From the human T2T-CHM13v2.0 reference genome, Homo sapiens, in the NCBI RefSeq assembly GCF_009914755.1, contig NC_060929.1: a stretch of 64,000 bases of DNA; one strand, written 5' to 3'. The notes beneath the pieces were generated by a model. That model was not told where the DNA came from. It did no database searches and saw only the letters and a program-made list of their open reading frames with translations. Each line of letters opens with the position of its first letter. Position 1 is the first letter of the stretch. A program made the translations under genes and the position numbers. Shown here piece by piece: positions 27,541-45,100 of this stretch.

Positions 27541-28155
27541 AAGAGTATCAGGCAAAACTTTCCCCTTAGCATTGGTGACATCTATACTTGAGTGTTTTAT
27601 CTAGGAACCATTTCGATTTATCGACTATGAGACCCGAAATCATTGCAAAATGCTCACTTACCTACAACGTAATGGCAACTCAATTGTTTAAAAGTGTTTA
27701 TGATGAAGATAGACTAAAACTTAACAAAGTAATTGCATTGGGCAAAAAAGTGTTTACATTATGTTAAAAAAATTACACGGTTGCAGTCACTTTGTGAAAT
27801 GACTTTACAAAGAGGAATATTTTAGCTAAGTTCCTCATCTGCAGAGAGTCCTCTCAGAGCTATGTATACCCAGAGCTGGTTAAATTTATTAGAACCGGAA
27901 CGACCGTGGTCATACTGAGGTCATCATCCCTAGAGTGCTCAGGGTAAACTGTCCAGCAAATGAAGCTTCACAGTTTATTTTTTGCCACAAACATTCCAAC
28001 ACTTGCCAGGAACAGACATTCATAATCTCAAAGTTACAAGTCAACAGATCTTAGAGGCATTAAAAGAAATCCTCTTGGTTTTACAGGAGAGCTCTTTGCC
28101 CCTTTTCAATAAACAGATGTAAAACAAAAACTCACTTTTATGATGACAAGAGTCA

Positions 28156-28383
<228 letters not shown>

Positions 28384-28403
28384 TTAAACTCTATAACCAA
28401 AGT

Positions 28404-29175
<772 letters not shown>

Positions 29176-29374
29176 ACTGAGCTACTTGTCCATCCAGTGC
29201 TTGCCTTCTGAGAAATGCTTTTATCAATGGTTTCTGAAAGACTCTTTCAAAGTTCTTGCTAAAGAAATATAGCCTCTGGTTTTAACCATTATTCAAGCTT
29301 AAATAAAAGGATTTATAAGAGTTTGTGCTGTACAAAAAATTCCAAGATTTAGCAACATCTTCTTGGAACATTAA

Positions 29375-30088
<714 letters not shown>

Positions 30089-30111
30089 CTACTAATTTCT
30101 CTCAAGAGCCA

Positions 30112-30406
30112 TTTATTTATTTATTTTTTAGATAGAGTCTTTTTCTGTGGCCCAGGCTGGAGTGCACTGGTGCTATCTAGGCTCACGGCAACCTCTGCCT
30201 CCTGGTTCAAGCAATTCTGCCTTAGCTTCCCAAGTAGCTGGGATTACAGGTGCGTGCCACCACGCCCAGCTAATTTTTGTATTTTTAGTAGAGACGGGGG
30301 TTTCACCATGTTGGCCACGCTGGTCTGGAACTCCTGACCTCAAGTAATCTGCCCTCCTGGCCTCCCAAAGTGGTGGGATTATAGGCTTGAGCCACCGCGC
30401 CTGACC
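30112..30406 (-). mobile_element. Alu
   Basis: Reverse dimer. Confidence 0.9.
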
Positions 30407-30779
30407 AAGAACAATTTGTGAGTTTAGGAGAAAACCCAGGTATTATTCATTCGGCAGTATATATGTAATTGTAGGTTCAAATATGTTTCAGCTGTCACAG
30501 GACAGAATCTGTTAGGGAGAGCTATTCAAAAGTAACTTGAGTAAGGCGGGACTTGGTAAGTGCAAAAATGAAGGGTCACGAAAGTTAAGCAAAGTAGTGG
30601 CTTGGTCCTTGAGAGATTTTGTAGGCAGAGAGATTGGGGCTTGGGTGGGGTGGAGAGGATTCCAGGAAGAGGAAGCAGCACAGGAAGAAGGGGGTGGAGA
30701 CAGGAAAAAGAAAAACCATCAAAACCAAAACAGGAAACCAGGATACCCACGGACATAACTGCTATAGAACAAGCAAGTA

Positions 30780-31085
30780 GGCTGAGCACGGTGGCTCACA
30801 CCTGTAATCCCTACATTTTGGGAGGACGAGGCGGACAGGTTACTTGAGCTCAGGAGCTCGAGACCAGCCTGCACAACGTGGCAAGACCTTGTCTGTACTA
30901 AAAATAAAATTAGCCGGCCATGGTGATGCATGTCTGTAATCCCAGCTATTCAGGATGCTGAGGCAGAAGGATCACTTGAACCCAGGAGTTGGAGGCTTCA
31001 GTGAGCCATGTTCACAACACTCTACTCCAGCCTGGGTGACAGAGCAAGAGCCTGTCTAAAAAAGAAAAAACAAACAAACAAAAAA
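30780..31085 (+). mobile_element. Alu (AluJ-like)
   Basis: Dimer with TSD AAGCAAGTAG. Confidence 0.9.
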
Positions 31086-31354
31086 GATGAAGCAAGTAGG
31101 CATTCCTCTTTCCTCAGGTTAGGGTTCTTTTCAAAGGAGCTTTTCAGGTGGGCAAATATCAAAGATGAGCCAGCCTCCCCCTAAGCCTGTGGACTCCACT
31201 GTGAGGGGAGTCGGCTGTTCCTTATGACACCATTGTGCAGTTGTGCCTCACACAGGACAATGAACATAAGAATCAGTCAAGTAATAGAGGCTGCTTTGGT
31301 TGGCGTGTGCCTCAAGGAACTGGCAGAGGCTAACATTAGTTGGTCTCACCTCAA

Positions 31355-31905
<551 letters not shown>

Positions 31906-32719
31906 TCCAGAGGCTGTATCTAGCTCGGGATTCCTTGCCTGAGTTATGAGGAGTTACCCCCATGAAATAGGTGAAAACCTTGATTAGTAGGAATGTGGCA
32001 AAACGAGGCACCTATTCTTCACCCACACCCTTTAGGTCTTTAGGTTCACATTTGTCTAACTCACTGCTGCCTTCAAATCATTAACAAAGCCACAAAATGG
32101 AGCTGAAGTTGTCTTACAAAGCAAGGAAACAAAGTCAAATTTGAGGGGTGTAAAGAGAGAGAAAGGATGAGATATGAAGTTTATTTTAGTCTATCAGATA
32201 TCGACTTATCCATATTTATCTGTAGCAATGTTTCTAACTACCCATGGCTTTAAAATTGTTATCTGTGGCCCTGGTGGATGCTTTGATGTTCATTTGCCTG
32301 GATATGCTGTCTCTTTTCATCATGCTAAAGTCATTAGGGCCCCAAATGATGTGGCTTCAGCATCGCCACCTCTGGCAAAGATACCAAGGGGCGTGAGTTT
32401 CTCAGAAGGTCTTGCCTGGCACCCCTCCCACCACGAGCCAGAGGCTGGGTGTGGGTTCCCTCTTGACTTATTGCCCCAACAGTTTCCCACTCTTGCCCCC
32501 AACATAAGCAGCAATATCAGTGTCCCAGAAAGGAACAATTAAGGGGAACAATACCAGGCAGGAAAAGTGGGGGTGGGGGGATGGGAGCCAGGCCAGCACC
32601 TGCCATTCCCAGTGTGGAAGTAGGTGACCTGTGTGTTCCTGGGCTGCCTCAGGGTTGAATATGCAGAGACGCTTAAAGTCAAGCACCTCAAAAAGCAGCA
32701 AGACCAAACCCACCTGTCA

Positions 32720-33043
<324 letters not shown>

Positions 33044-33397
33044 GAATAATACATGGAACTCCAGCTGATTGTGAAGTGGCAGGGAGGAGGGGAAGAATCA
33101 CACATGTTGAAGGAGCTTCTGCGAGTGCCAGCCACTGCGCCAAGCCCTTCTCACACAATGCTCCCCAACCCTCCAACAGGGAGTCTCATTATCCCCTTTG
33201 CCAACAGAGAAACTAAGGCAGGCAGAGAAGGTTAAGTCAGAGAACCAAGTGGAGGAACCAGGACATAAGCCCAGGATGTTGGTCTTCAGAGCTGTCCTTC
33301 CTAATCACCGTTGTTTTGGGGGGTTATTTAAGAAATTGGATCGCATAGCTGTTTTTTGTGTATTGATGAGCTTTCAGAGATGTCTGTTATTTATTAG

Positions 33398-33521
33398 CTA
33401 TTTTTCAGCTCTGTCGAGAGGAGATCCACTTCCTGTAAAGGACAGAATGGAAATGCCCACGGCAACCCAGAAAACAGACACAGGCCTGACTCAAGGACTC
33501 CTGAAAGTTTTGCACAAGCAG
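33398..33521 (+). CDS. ROPN1L: ROPN1L coding exon 2
   Basis: tattag|C TAT ... CAG|gtatgg. Encodes (G)YFSALSRGDPLPVKDRMEMPTATQKTDTGLTQGLLKVLHKQ. Confidence 0.94.
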
Positions 33522-34295
33522 GTATGGGGGGGCGTAGTCTCTGGCCTCAGGCAGCTGGCCTGTGCTTTCCTTACCGTTCACTGTGCATTGATGACAGAGC
33601 GGGGCACACCCCAGCAATGTATTTCAAACCTCCTGAGGTCCCTGAAATCCTGCTTTCCCTGCCACGCATCGTCAAGGTTGATTCAAGGAAGAAATATGTT
33701 GTGTCTGGGAGGTCTTTTTCTAGCTTCAACAGCCCCAAGTCACTATCCAGGGGTAGAGTTTAGAAAAGTGAAATATAATTTCTTTTAAATACAAAATTTA
33801 CATGACACTAGATTCTGCTGGGCAAAACATACAAAATTTCAGAACCTGGGGGGTTTCCAGTCCGTTCTCCAGGTGTGTGTTTGTGAAAGCTGTGCGCAGG
33901 CCTGAGTAAGCCTCTGCCTTCTCTGTCTGGAAGGCGGGGCTGGCCTTTGGCCCCCAAGGTGGGCAGCAGCCTCTGGTGTCCAGTGCTGTGGAGAGCCTGG
34001 GCCACCTTCCTGCCTTGCGCTTCTTTGCCCCACACGCCATCCTGTTTTTACAGACGTGAGTTACTAGAAAGTGGGTCACGGAGCAAGGCTAGGCCTTCCT
34101 CATGACTCGGTTCTTTTGCTAAAAGAGACACCAGTGGCATAACCTTGATTTTCAAACTGACTTATCCCCATTCTACACTGTGAAGTACTGTGCTTCTGCG
34201 CAGGATACAGTGAATTCTGAAACTAGGACTACCTTAAGGGAAGCGAAGAACTCTTGAATGGTGTAGCTTGCGAAAAGACATGCTGAAATTGCTCA

Positions 34296-34671
<376 letters not shown>

Positions 34672-35089
34672 ATATAATAGAAGAAATACATTTATTTTCA
34701 GTTTTAAGATCTCTCCTATCTAACTGTTAATGTGATTAGGGGCTGGATTTTTAAAATGTTTTTTACTGAGCTTTATTTTTTATTGTGAAGCATTTCAGAC
34801 AGATAGTGGAGTATCGTATACTCAATATCAGTATGCCTGTTTCATTAAGTCATAACATGATGCCGTATTCGCTTCACCGTCCTTTTTTCATTTAATAAAT
34901 AAAAGGTTGCCGCTCGCTGCCTTCCCTGCCTTCCCTCCCCAGGGCTGACAGAACCCCCTGTCATGCATTTGGAGTTCATCTGTCCCCTGCATGGGGCGGG
35001 TTACTTGGTGTGTGTTGAATATTCACAGCATTCATTGTTTCCCAGGTTTTAAAACATACATAAATTGTCATGCTGTGTTTTCCAAACAG

Positions 35090-35251
35090 TGTCACCACAA
35101 GCGGTATGTGGAATTAACAGATCTTGAGCAGAAGTGGAAGAACTTGTGCCTGCCGAAGGAAAAATTCAAAGCGCTCTTACAACTGGATCCTTGTGAAAAC
35201 AAAATCAAGTGGATAAACTTTTTAGCGCTTGGATGCAGCATGCTTGGTGGG
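35090..35251 (+). CDS. ROPN1L: ROPN1L coding exon 3
   Basis: aaacag|TGT ... GGG|gtatgt. 54 codons CHHKRYVELTDLEQKWKNLCLPKEKFKALLQLDPCENKIKWINFLALGCSMLGG. Confidence 0.94.
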
Positions 35252-35626
35252 GTATGTACCTATAAACAGCATATTAATAATTCTGTGTCATCATGGTCCC
35301 AGCTTAAAAATAATTTAGGTTTCAGTAACTAAAGGAAACACTTTAGTAACTTTGTCTTAGAAAAGCATTTCCCCCTGCTCCAGGCCTATTATATTAATAT
35401 TTTCAGGTGTACAGTTATTTTAATTTACAGAAATTATTTATGAATGCCTCAACTTAAAAGTTAATAGTAGATGAAAGATATGGATACTATTAAAATATAT
35501 TTAGGTTTTAGAAGAAAATGCATCAATGACTTTTTAAAACTACAAATCATTTTGTAAACTGATAACTGTTTTGCTCATCTGTGGAAAGAGGCATACAATT
35601 ATTTTCTACTTTAGTAGAAATCTATT

Positions 35627-35940
<314 letters not shown>

Positions 35941-37066
35941 TTAGAAATCTATTATTAATAACTAATAGATACAGTGAGATTTTGCTGATGTTTGAGTATA
36001 AGCCAAGCAACTTAGGAATAAGACATGATCCTCCAGGTGACGAGGCGAGCCTGGGAGGTCGGGGCGAGAAGGGAGAGGTTGGAGCTGGGATGATGTTGGC
36101 AGGGCTTCCTTTGCAAACCCAGAGTCAGTCTTCTCAGCTAAAGTCTTGCTGTGAGACATGGTGGTTGGGTGAAGGAAGAATAACCAGGCATCTGCCATGT
36201 GAAGCTTATGAAGAAAGGAGGCAGAGAAAGGAGAACCAGCTCCCTTTACTACATAGATGAACAATTTGATTTTCCCCCCTCCCTTCAGTCTGTGGCCCCA
36301 GTGTGTATAACTGGTCCTTGCTTCACAGCCCTCACTCAGCTTTGCTCCATGCACAGAGCTCTTTCATTCCATTTTCATTAAAACAAATTACTTGAAATGG
36401 GTGGTGGTAAACACCCGCAAGGCTACCCAATGTGGCCACTAACGCACCAACAGTCACTTCCAACCACCTGTGGCCTCCTCCCATGTCCTGTCCCCCTGCC
36501 TGGTGGCCTGAAGCAATGACATTTCTGAAGTTCCTGCTTCTCGCTTCCTGACCTCTGAAACACATGCTTCTATGTGTCCCGCAAGAGGTACACTGTGGAA
36601 TTTTAGTTGGTTTTGACTTGATGAAAAGACATTTGTGTTGTCAGTAATTTTCTGAAATTTTCATCCTAAATTATATGACTAGATGTATTCATCTGTACAT
36701 CACAGGCCACGTTGTTCATTCCCTTCCTTCGCCATGTCACATCTGAGTGTGGCGCAGTTCACCAGCTCTGCAGATGGCCCCAGTGGGAAGCTCCGTGCCC
36801 TCAGGGAGTCGGGTGTGGTGTGGCTGTAGAATGAGCAAGAGTTTTGTTGTGTAACTGCTCAAAGGCAATGGAGGTGCTTCCTGTCAGCCCCGGGCTAATT
36901 GTGCCAAGGCCTGGATGTTGGCAGGCACGGTACCCTCCAGTAGCAAGGACAGGTGCAGATGGCACCAGGGGAGTGTCTCAGGGGTATTATCAAGATAGAC
37001 AAAGGCAAATACTTTTAATTATTGGAGACATTTTTATGTCACTTTGTTAATCTGGAACTCTGTGAA

Positions 37067-37783
<717 letters not shown>

Positions 37784-39273
37784 CTGAAATCGATATGTTA
37801 ACAATATAAAATTGTATGCAATGTTTGAATTAATGTTGGTGGTTTCTGCCTCTAAGCTTAGTTGTAAAATTTTGATTTTAAAATGATGAGAAAGTAGAAT
37901 AATTCATGTTTTTGGATCCATCTTTATAGTTTTCACCTTCCTAATTGTGAAAATTAAGCACTAGATTTAAAACACAATTGAATCTGATTTGAAAAATAAG
38001 GCCTCTTGTCCATGTAGAGTGTGTGACACTAGATGGAGACATTGTGTTAAGGATAGAGCTTGGCCGTCTAAGCTGACTCCTGGGGAAGAGACATCACAAA
38101 CAGCACACATTCTTTTGGGTTCTTCCTATCATAGAGAATAAATTGACACCAGGAATCATGCTGTGCGTCACTGCGGGTTCCTGCCTGTCTCCTGACTTGA
38201 GCCACCTTTGCCAGCAGGACTCCAGATTTGCCCTTGACTCCTTCCATAGGTGCTGGAGGCCTCTCCTGGTTGTAGAAAGCCACAGCCACCCTCTGCTCTG
38301 GTCCAGTGCGGCTGTAGACTCAGGGTCAGGTTCAAGTGTGGAAGCTGACCTCTCCTCCCTCAGAGGAGCGTGTGCTCGTCTGGGGTCCATGTCTGCTGCC
38401 AGGGATGCCTGCTCTGCCCTGGCTCCCGCGGCCCACAGAGTGCTGAGCACGAGTTCAAACACCTGTCTCGGGGTGCGCTGGGTAGACAGGAGGTGCTCGG
38501 ACCCTCCAGGCCTTGGTGTGGACAGTTGTGTTGTTGACCTTGTTGGCCCTGGGTGGCTTGGAGGTGTGCTAAGAACACAAAGCTGTGAATTCAAGGAGGG
38601 GTTTCTTCATGTCGTTCAGCGTCATAAGCGTTCATTTTTATGCTTTAAAAAAATACCTTCAAAAAGGAGGAAATGAAGTGCGATGAGAATAATTTGTAGT
38701 GGATTACCACCTGCAGAAGTTTATTTCACATAGGATGCTGTGTAATTGGTGGCTAGCCGCTGCCTGCGTGAGCGGGATAGATGTCGTTCCTGCTCCCTGC
38801 ATCTATGGCGGGGGCGTGGCTTGTGGCAGGTGTACTCTCTGTGCTGTTTACATTTATTTATCTTAGAAATCACTCTAGTCAAATTCATCGAGTTGAAGAT
38901 CTCTAAAAAGACTGGAAACCTCTGCTTCAATTTCTGAATCATACATACCATTCATTCCACAAATGTTTACTGTGCATTATTTTGTGCCAGGCCCTGTTCT
39001 AAGTGCTGCAGGTTCTGGAGTGAACAAAACGGGCAAACATCACCAGACTCTTGGAGCTGATGTTCTGTTATATCCTTGAAGCCCTGAACACTGCTCTACT
39101 TATTACCTCAAAAGCTATCAATTCAGGTTAAGGGGCACTGTGAGCTGCCCCAGGCAGGTGAACAAGGACATTAAATTGCCATCTGGATGTTAAGAGATTC
39201 CTGTCCTCTTTCTCAATGTTTTGATGTGCTTGCATGGTGAAATGACCATATTTGTATGTTGTGGCTTTTATTT

Positions 39274-39570
<297 letters not shown>

Positions 39571-40915
39571 CTTTTATTTTTCCATTTCTACAATGCCATT
39601 AATGATCCTGAGCATTAAAGCTGTGGATCAAAATGTTTTGTTTTGTCTTTTAAGCATGGAGATCTTTTTTTTTTTAAGATAAGAAAATTGTGAACCAAGT
39701 CTTTCATCCCCATACTGACACTGACAGAGTCAGTCTGTCATGATCAAAACAAATCACATTGACTTTAGTCAGGCTTTGAAACGCATTTGAACTTTCTTAG
39801 TCACAGAAGCATCATTCTTCGTTTACAACCACAGATGCACACGTGTCTAACGCAGTTTTCCATCTGAACACGGTGCACGCAGTGGGCATGATTTCTAGGG
39901 TTTAACCGGGTGCGGGAGTGCACAGAGCCCTGCGTGTGTATTCTCTGGAATCCTCCCAACAGCCCTTTGAGGAAGGCACCATCAGGATTGCAGGCTGGTG
40001 CCCCAAGGCAGAGAGAAGCTGAGTCACAACAGGTGACTTGGAAGTGGGGAGAGGGGAGGATTCCTCCTAGTGGCTCCATAGCCCAAGGAATGTGCAGCCC
40101 ACAGGTTAGGACCACCTTATTCAAGTTTACGCCTGAGATTTCCTGTCTCGGAGAAGAACAACTCCTCGGGACGATCATCAAAATCATTTTGTGTCCTGAA
40201 GTGATTCATCCCCTGGAAGGCATTCAACCTCGGCCTCCTCCTGACAACACACACTTTGGAGCTCTCAGAACATCGCCCCATCCAGCTGTGCTACAGCATG
40301 TCAGATTCAGTGACTGACCTATGGTGGTTCCCTGTTGGTCCGATGTGACAGCCACCTGCGCTGCGGCAGTGACAGAGGCTGCATCCTGGCTTACTCCTCG
40401 CTGCTGTTTCCTTCCAGGTTTCCGCAGCTAGGGCTCGAAAGCCCATTCGGAAGTGACCAAGAAAGGCCAACAGAATTCCTCATAGCCCCTGCAGCCCGTG
40501 AGAAGAAGACACAGCCACGCCCCCACCCCCCAGTGGGAGCCTGAGGCCACAGGCGTGTTTAGGAAGCTGTCCCTGAAGACGAAGGAGCCGCTCAGGCTCC
40601 TGACTCCCCTGGCCCCAGCTCCAGTTCCCCTGATTGCTCATGTCCCTCCCTCTGTGGGAAAGAGGCAGGGGCCACGCTCCCCTGACCAACCTTGCCCTGT
40701 CCGCTGGAGATTCCCATGGGCCGCTGATGCGGGCCGCTGTGGCCTCCCCATCCCTGTCCTGCACAGGATATCACACCCCAGCCACGGGGTGAACTGCTCC
40801 TTCCCATTCAGGGCCTCCTACCCTTACCTGCTGTCAGCCCCAGAAATGGTTTTAAATTAGGAAACTCTAGAGGATAATAGAATTCGATGAAAAGGCCCTT
40901 AAGCTCTTGAAAACG

Positions 40916-41073
40916 CAGTGCTGGGTTAGAGGCTTTTAAAAACCAGTGCTGGGTCAGAGGCTTTTAAAAACCAGTGCTGGGTCAGAGGCTTTTAAAAACC
41001 AGTGCTCGGTCAGAGGCTTTTAAAAACCAGTGCTGGGTCAGAGGCTTTTAAAAACCAGTGCTGGGTCAGAGGC
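40916..41073. repeat. 28-bp minisatellite, about 5.6 copies
   Basis: Unit CAGTGCTGGGTCAGAGGCTTTTAAAAAC starting at 40916, 40944, 40972, 41000, 41028 and 41056 (partial). Confidence 0.95.
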
Positions 41074-41392
41074 ACAGCTTCACTGGAAGTCCAGTCTCTA
41101 CCCCCAGCACAGGCAGCTGTGCCTCAGAGGGGGACCTCCTTTGTTCTGATTCTGTGTAAAACGGGCCTATTTTCATTTCCATGCCAGCTGAGAGGTGCCC
41201 TTGGGGAGGTGTGAGGTGACTGTTGAGGGGCCTCATATCATCATGAGAGCAGCTATAATTTGGAAACTGAAAAACCCCACAGAGTTGGCATGCCGAAAAT
41301 GCCCGGAAAATAGTGGGTGCCCTCGTGCCTGTGCTCTTCACTCATCTCCACTTGAATTTCAGATTATGGATCAGGTGTAAATACTTGGTTAA

Positions 41393-41710
<318 letters not shown>

Positions 41711-43585
41711 AGTGCAGCTTGCCAGTCACCTCTGCCCAGCACATATCGCACATGGGAGAATAAATCAGCCACACAGCAGACGGCAGCATGGGGCAGCCAT
41801 GCCAAGGAGAGGGTCTTTTGGCTGTTGTGCAAGTGACTGTGCCACCCACAGGCCTTTGGAATTGAGAAACAAATGTTAAGAAATGTGACTCGCAGCACAA
41901 GATGGAGCAAGTTGCCTTATGAATCCTTCTGGATATAAAAATTGCTGCAGATCTTATTGTCAGAAACGTTGACATGGGTAGTGTCATCACGCCTTTGCAG
42001 AGGAAGTGATGCTCGAGTGTTTTGATGTATTTTTCCTTAAATACCGCTTCCTCTGAAGCCTTGGAACAGCGCGTTACACAGATCTCATCTGCCTGCTCCA
42101 TCCACGCCAACTCCTTCCTTTCCGACTCATCCTTCCTGAGGCCCCGCAGTCCTGCACACGGTGGTGACGGACTTCCATTTGTGTCCAGTGTAAAAGCAAA
42201 TCCCATCATAACAACATGTCTTTGAGAGTTTCAAGCAAGGAACATGGATTGTGAAATACACGACTCAGCTTTGAGCAAGTCCTGTCTTGGGGACAGTCTT
42301 TTAGAGGAGCCACGTGTGCAGTGGTCCTGGAGCGGTGCCTGCAGCTCCACGGAGCAGGTTCTGCACTTTTCCTAGAGAGAGCATCATGTTGCCCTGGGAG
42401 CTGCACTCACCCCCTAACCGTGCCGTCCACCTCGGCAGCATCAGGTGCAGCCGCCACCAGCACTGCTGGCATGGGAAGGGGGTGGAAATGGGAGGAACTG
42501 CCCCATCAGGCCGCTGGGGACAGGGAGATCAGTTCTGTTCAGGGCTCCATCTCCTGCAGCCAAATATCTGGGTCCTCAGATAGGCGACGTCTGTGCCCCA
42601 GGTCTTGTTCCCAGAGCCCGCCTGGCGGCTGCTAGACATAATAAAATGGAGTAGTCACTGGGGTGAGCTCAGAGGCCCACCGGCTGTGCTCCAGTCCTGG
42701 CTGGGTGACTTGGGTGATTGCTGAGCCCCTCTGGGCCTGGCCAAGGTGTCTGTCTGCTCCTCGCAGTAACCACACGAGGTGACTGTCATTATTCTCACTC
42801 CCAGAGGAGGACAGCGGGCTGTGTTATCAGCCTTGCTCTGACCATGGTGTTCTGTAGGGAAGGCTCATTTTGTCCCATAGCCTGGAGCGGCCTCAGAGCC
42901 CTTTCCTGTCCCTGAGGATGTGGGGTTTATTCCTGACACAGCCACTGTGGAGCTGGACAGTCCAGGCCTGGCTTGCAGCGGCCCTTTCCCTGCATCTGCA
43001 GCTCCCCCGTGAGGATGGTGCTCCACCCTGGCCCTCCTGTGTTTGTTTCTTGCGCTTCCCTTGGAAGCACAGCCCTAGATTCATCCCTGCAGGCGATTCC
43101 CCAGGGATGTCAGCCACCTCCGTGGCTGCTGCAAGCAGGAGCTCTCAGTCTGCCCTCACACCCCACCCCAGCAGCCTGCAGGGCACCAGCCTGCTCGGGA
43201 AGGTCCTGGTTCTCAGTCATGTTTGCCAAGCGATGTGGTGTAAATACTCCCACTGCTGCTGAGTTCAGGCTGCCAAGGTGAAGTCCTCCAGCTCACACAA
43301 CTGCTGGAAACTTAGCAGTAGGCTCATGAGCCGGCTCCAGCACAGCACCGGGCTCCGAGGAAATCCTGTGCCACCCGCCAGTCCTTGTCCTTCCTGTCCT
43401 GTCCTGTGTGCTTTGACACAGGAGATTGCTCTCTCCACCAGGAAATGCTTTTCTTCACTCACCAGCAGCCTCCCTCCTGGCTGCGCCTTTCAAGTCCCCA
43501 TGCTGGTCCCTCATCTCCCCAGCTCTTGGTGGTATAGCGTGTCCATGCACTGTCCTCCCACCTCGGCAACCTCGTGGGGCTCGGC

Positions 43586-44185
43586 TGTATACACCGTCCT
43601 GCTCGTATACACTACCCCACCCATGTATACCATCCCCCCGTGTATACCATCCCCCTCATGTACACCATCCCGCTGTGTACACCATCCCGCTGTGTACACC
43701 ATCCCCCTCATGTACACCATCCCCCTCATGTACACCATCCCCCGTGTACACCATCCCCCCCATGTACACCATCCCCCCTATGTACACCATCCCCCTCATG
43801 TACACCGTCCCCACCATGTACATCATCCCCCCATGTACACCGTCCCCACCATGTACACCATCCCCCCATGTACACCGTCCCCACCATGTACACCATCCCC
43901 CCGTGTACATCATCCCCTTGTATACACCACCCCACCCGTGTATACCGTCCCCCCATGTACACCATCCCCTCGTGTACACCATTCCCCCGTGTACACCATC
44001 TCACCCATGTACACCATCCCCCCGTATGCCCCATCCCCCCGTGTACACCATCCCCCCGTGTACACCATCCCCCCGTGTACACCATCCGCCTGTATGCCCC
44101 ATCCCCCCACCGTGTACACCATCCCGCCCGTGTACACCACCCCACCTGTATACACCACCCCGCCTGTATACCCCATCTCGCCCAT
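43586..44185. repeat. About 18-20-bp C-rich VNTR, roughly 30 units
   Basis: Consensus TGTACACCATCCCCCC(G/A) with variable C-tract length. Confidence 0.95.
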
Positions 44186-44466
44186 GCTCCCAAGTCTCCT
44201 CCGTGAGCGCTAGGCCTACTAAGTAGCCACCTGAGTCACCAGTTCCACTGGGCGCCTGACAGACATGTCAGTGGAAGCCACCCCAAACTCAGCTTCTCTC
44301 TGGAACTTTTGCAGCTGTTCAGGCACCAAACATTGGAACCACTTTTCATGGTTCTGTCTCTGCCCACATGCAACCACCAGTGAGTTCTGGTAACTCCACC
44401 TTCAGGAGAGGCTGAGTCCGGCCCTTCCCAGGCCCCTGGCTGGATTATTCCAGCAGCCTCCTTGCC

Positions 44467-44574
44467 AGGTTCCCGCCTTCCACCCTCCTCACCGGGTTCC
44501 CGCCTTCCACCCTCATCACTGGGTTCCTGCCTTCCACCCTCATCACTGGGTTCCTGCCTTCCACCCTCATCACT
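44467..44574. repeat. 27-bp tandem repeat, 4 copies
   Basis: GGGTTCCYGCCTTCCACCCTCMTCACY at 44467, 44494, 44521 and 44548. Confidence 0.93.
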
Positions 44575-44579
44575 TCTCT

Positions 44580-45100
44580 TCACACATCGGCAGAAGGACT
44601 CCTTAGAAACACTCTACAGTGCTCCATCTTTGTTTAAAACCCTTTGACACCTTCCCATAGACCCCAGCCAAAGCCCAAGTCCTCCCTGGGTCTGTAAAGA
44701 CCTCCGTGATCTGCCCCCACCCCATCCCGCTGACCTCATTTCCCGCATCCCTGCCTCTCCATGGCCTGCTCTAGCTACCCGGAGCTCCTGGCTGTTTCTG
44801 GAGCACACAGAAGTGCCCCTGGAATTCTCCCAGCATCCCACATGACTGGCTCCTTCCCCCTGGGTCTGTGCTTACATGCTCCCTGCTCTGACCGTCCCTG
44901 ACCACCCGATTGAAAATGTCATCCTCCACCCCGGCACTGCCTGCCTGCTGCTCCAGGCACGCCCTCTTCCAGAGCACCCTAGAATCCAGGTGTTGTGGCT
45001 CTCCCACTTGACTGTGATCTCCACATGAGCAGGCGTTAGGTGTCTGTTCACTGCTACATCCTGGTGTGTAACAGGCACTTGGCAAACGTGGAGGGAATGA
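44580..45100. mobile_element. L2 remnant
   Basis: cctttgacaccttccc...gctgtttctggagcac...tgtctgttcactgctacatc...caggcacttggcaaacgtggagggaatgaa. Confidence 0.55.

Noticed and set aside
33198-33788. 196-aa ORF, and likewise 638-979, 34991-35332 and 46316-46546
   Set aside because: Only the splice-bounded cores are real exons; the flanks are intronic read-through.
38094-38676. Opposing 166-aa and 177-aa ORFs
   Set aside because: GC-rich intronic sequence with non-ATG starts and no recognisable homology.
40916-41073. Regularly spaced 28-bp repeats resembling a CRISPR array
   Set aside because: Head-to-tail tandem units with no unique spacers, in human DNA with no cas genes.
43278-44226. Long overlapping ORFs (311, 266, 210 aa and minus-strand ones) rich in H/P/Y/T/C
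   Set aside because: They arise from the stop-free C-rich VNTR, are open in many frames, and show no splice or promoter context.
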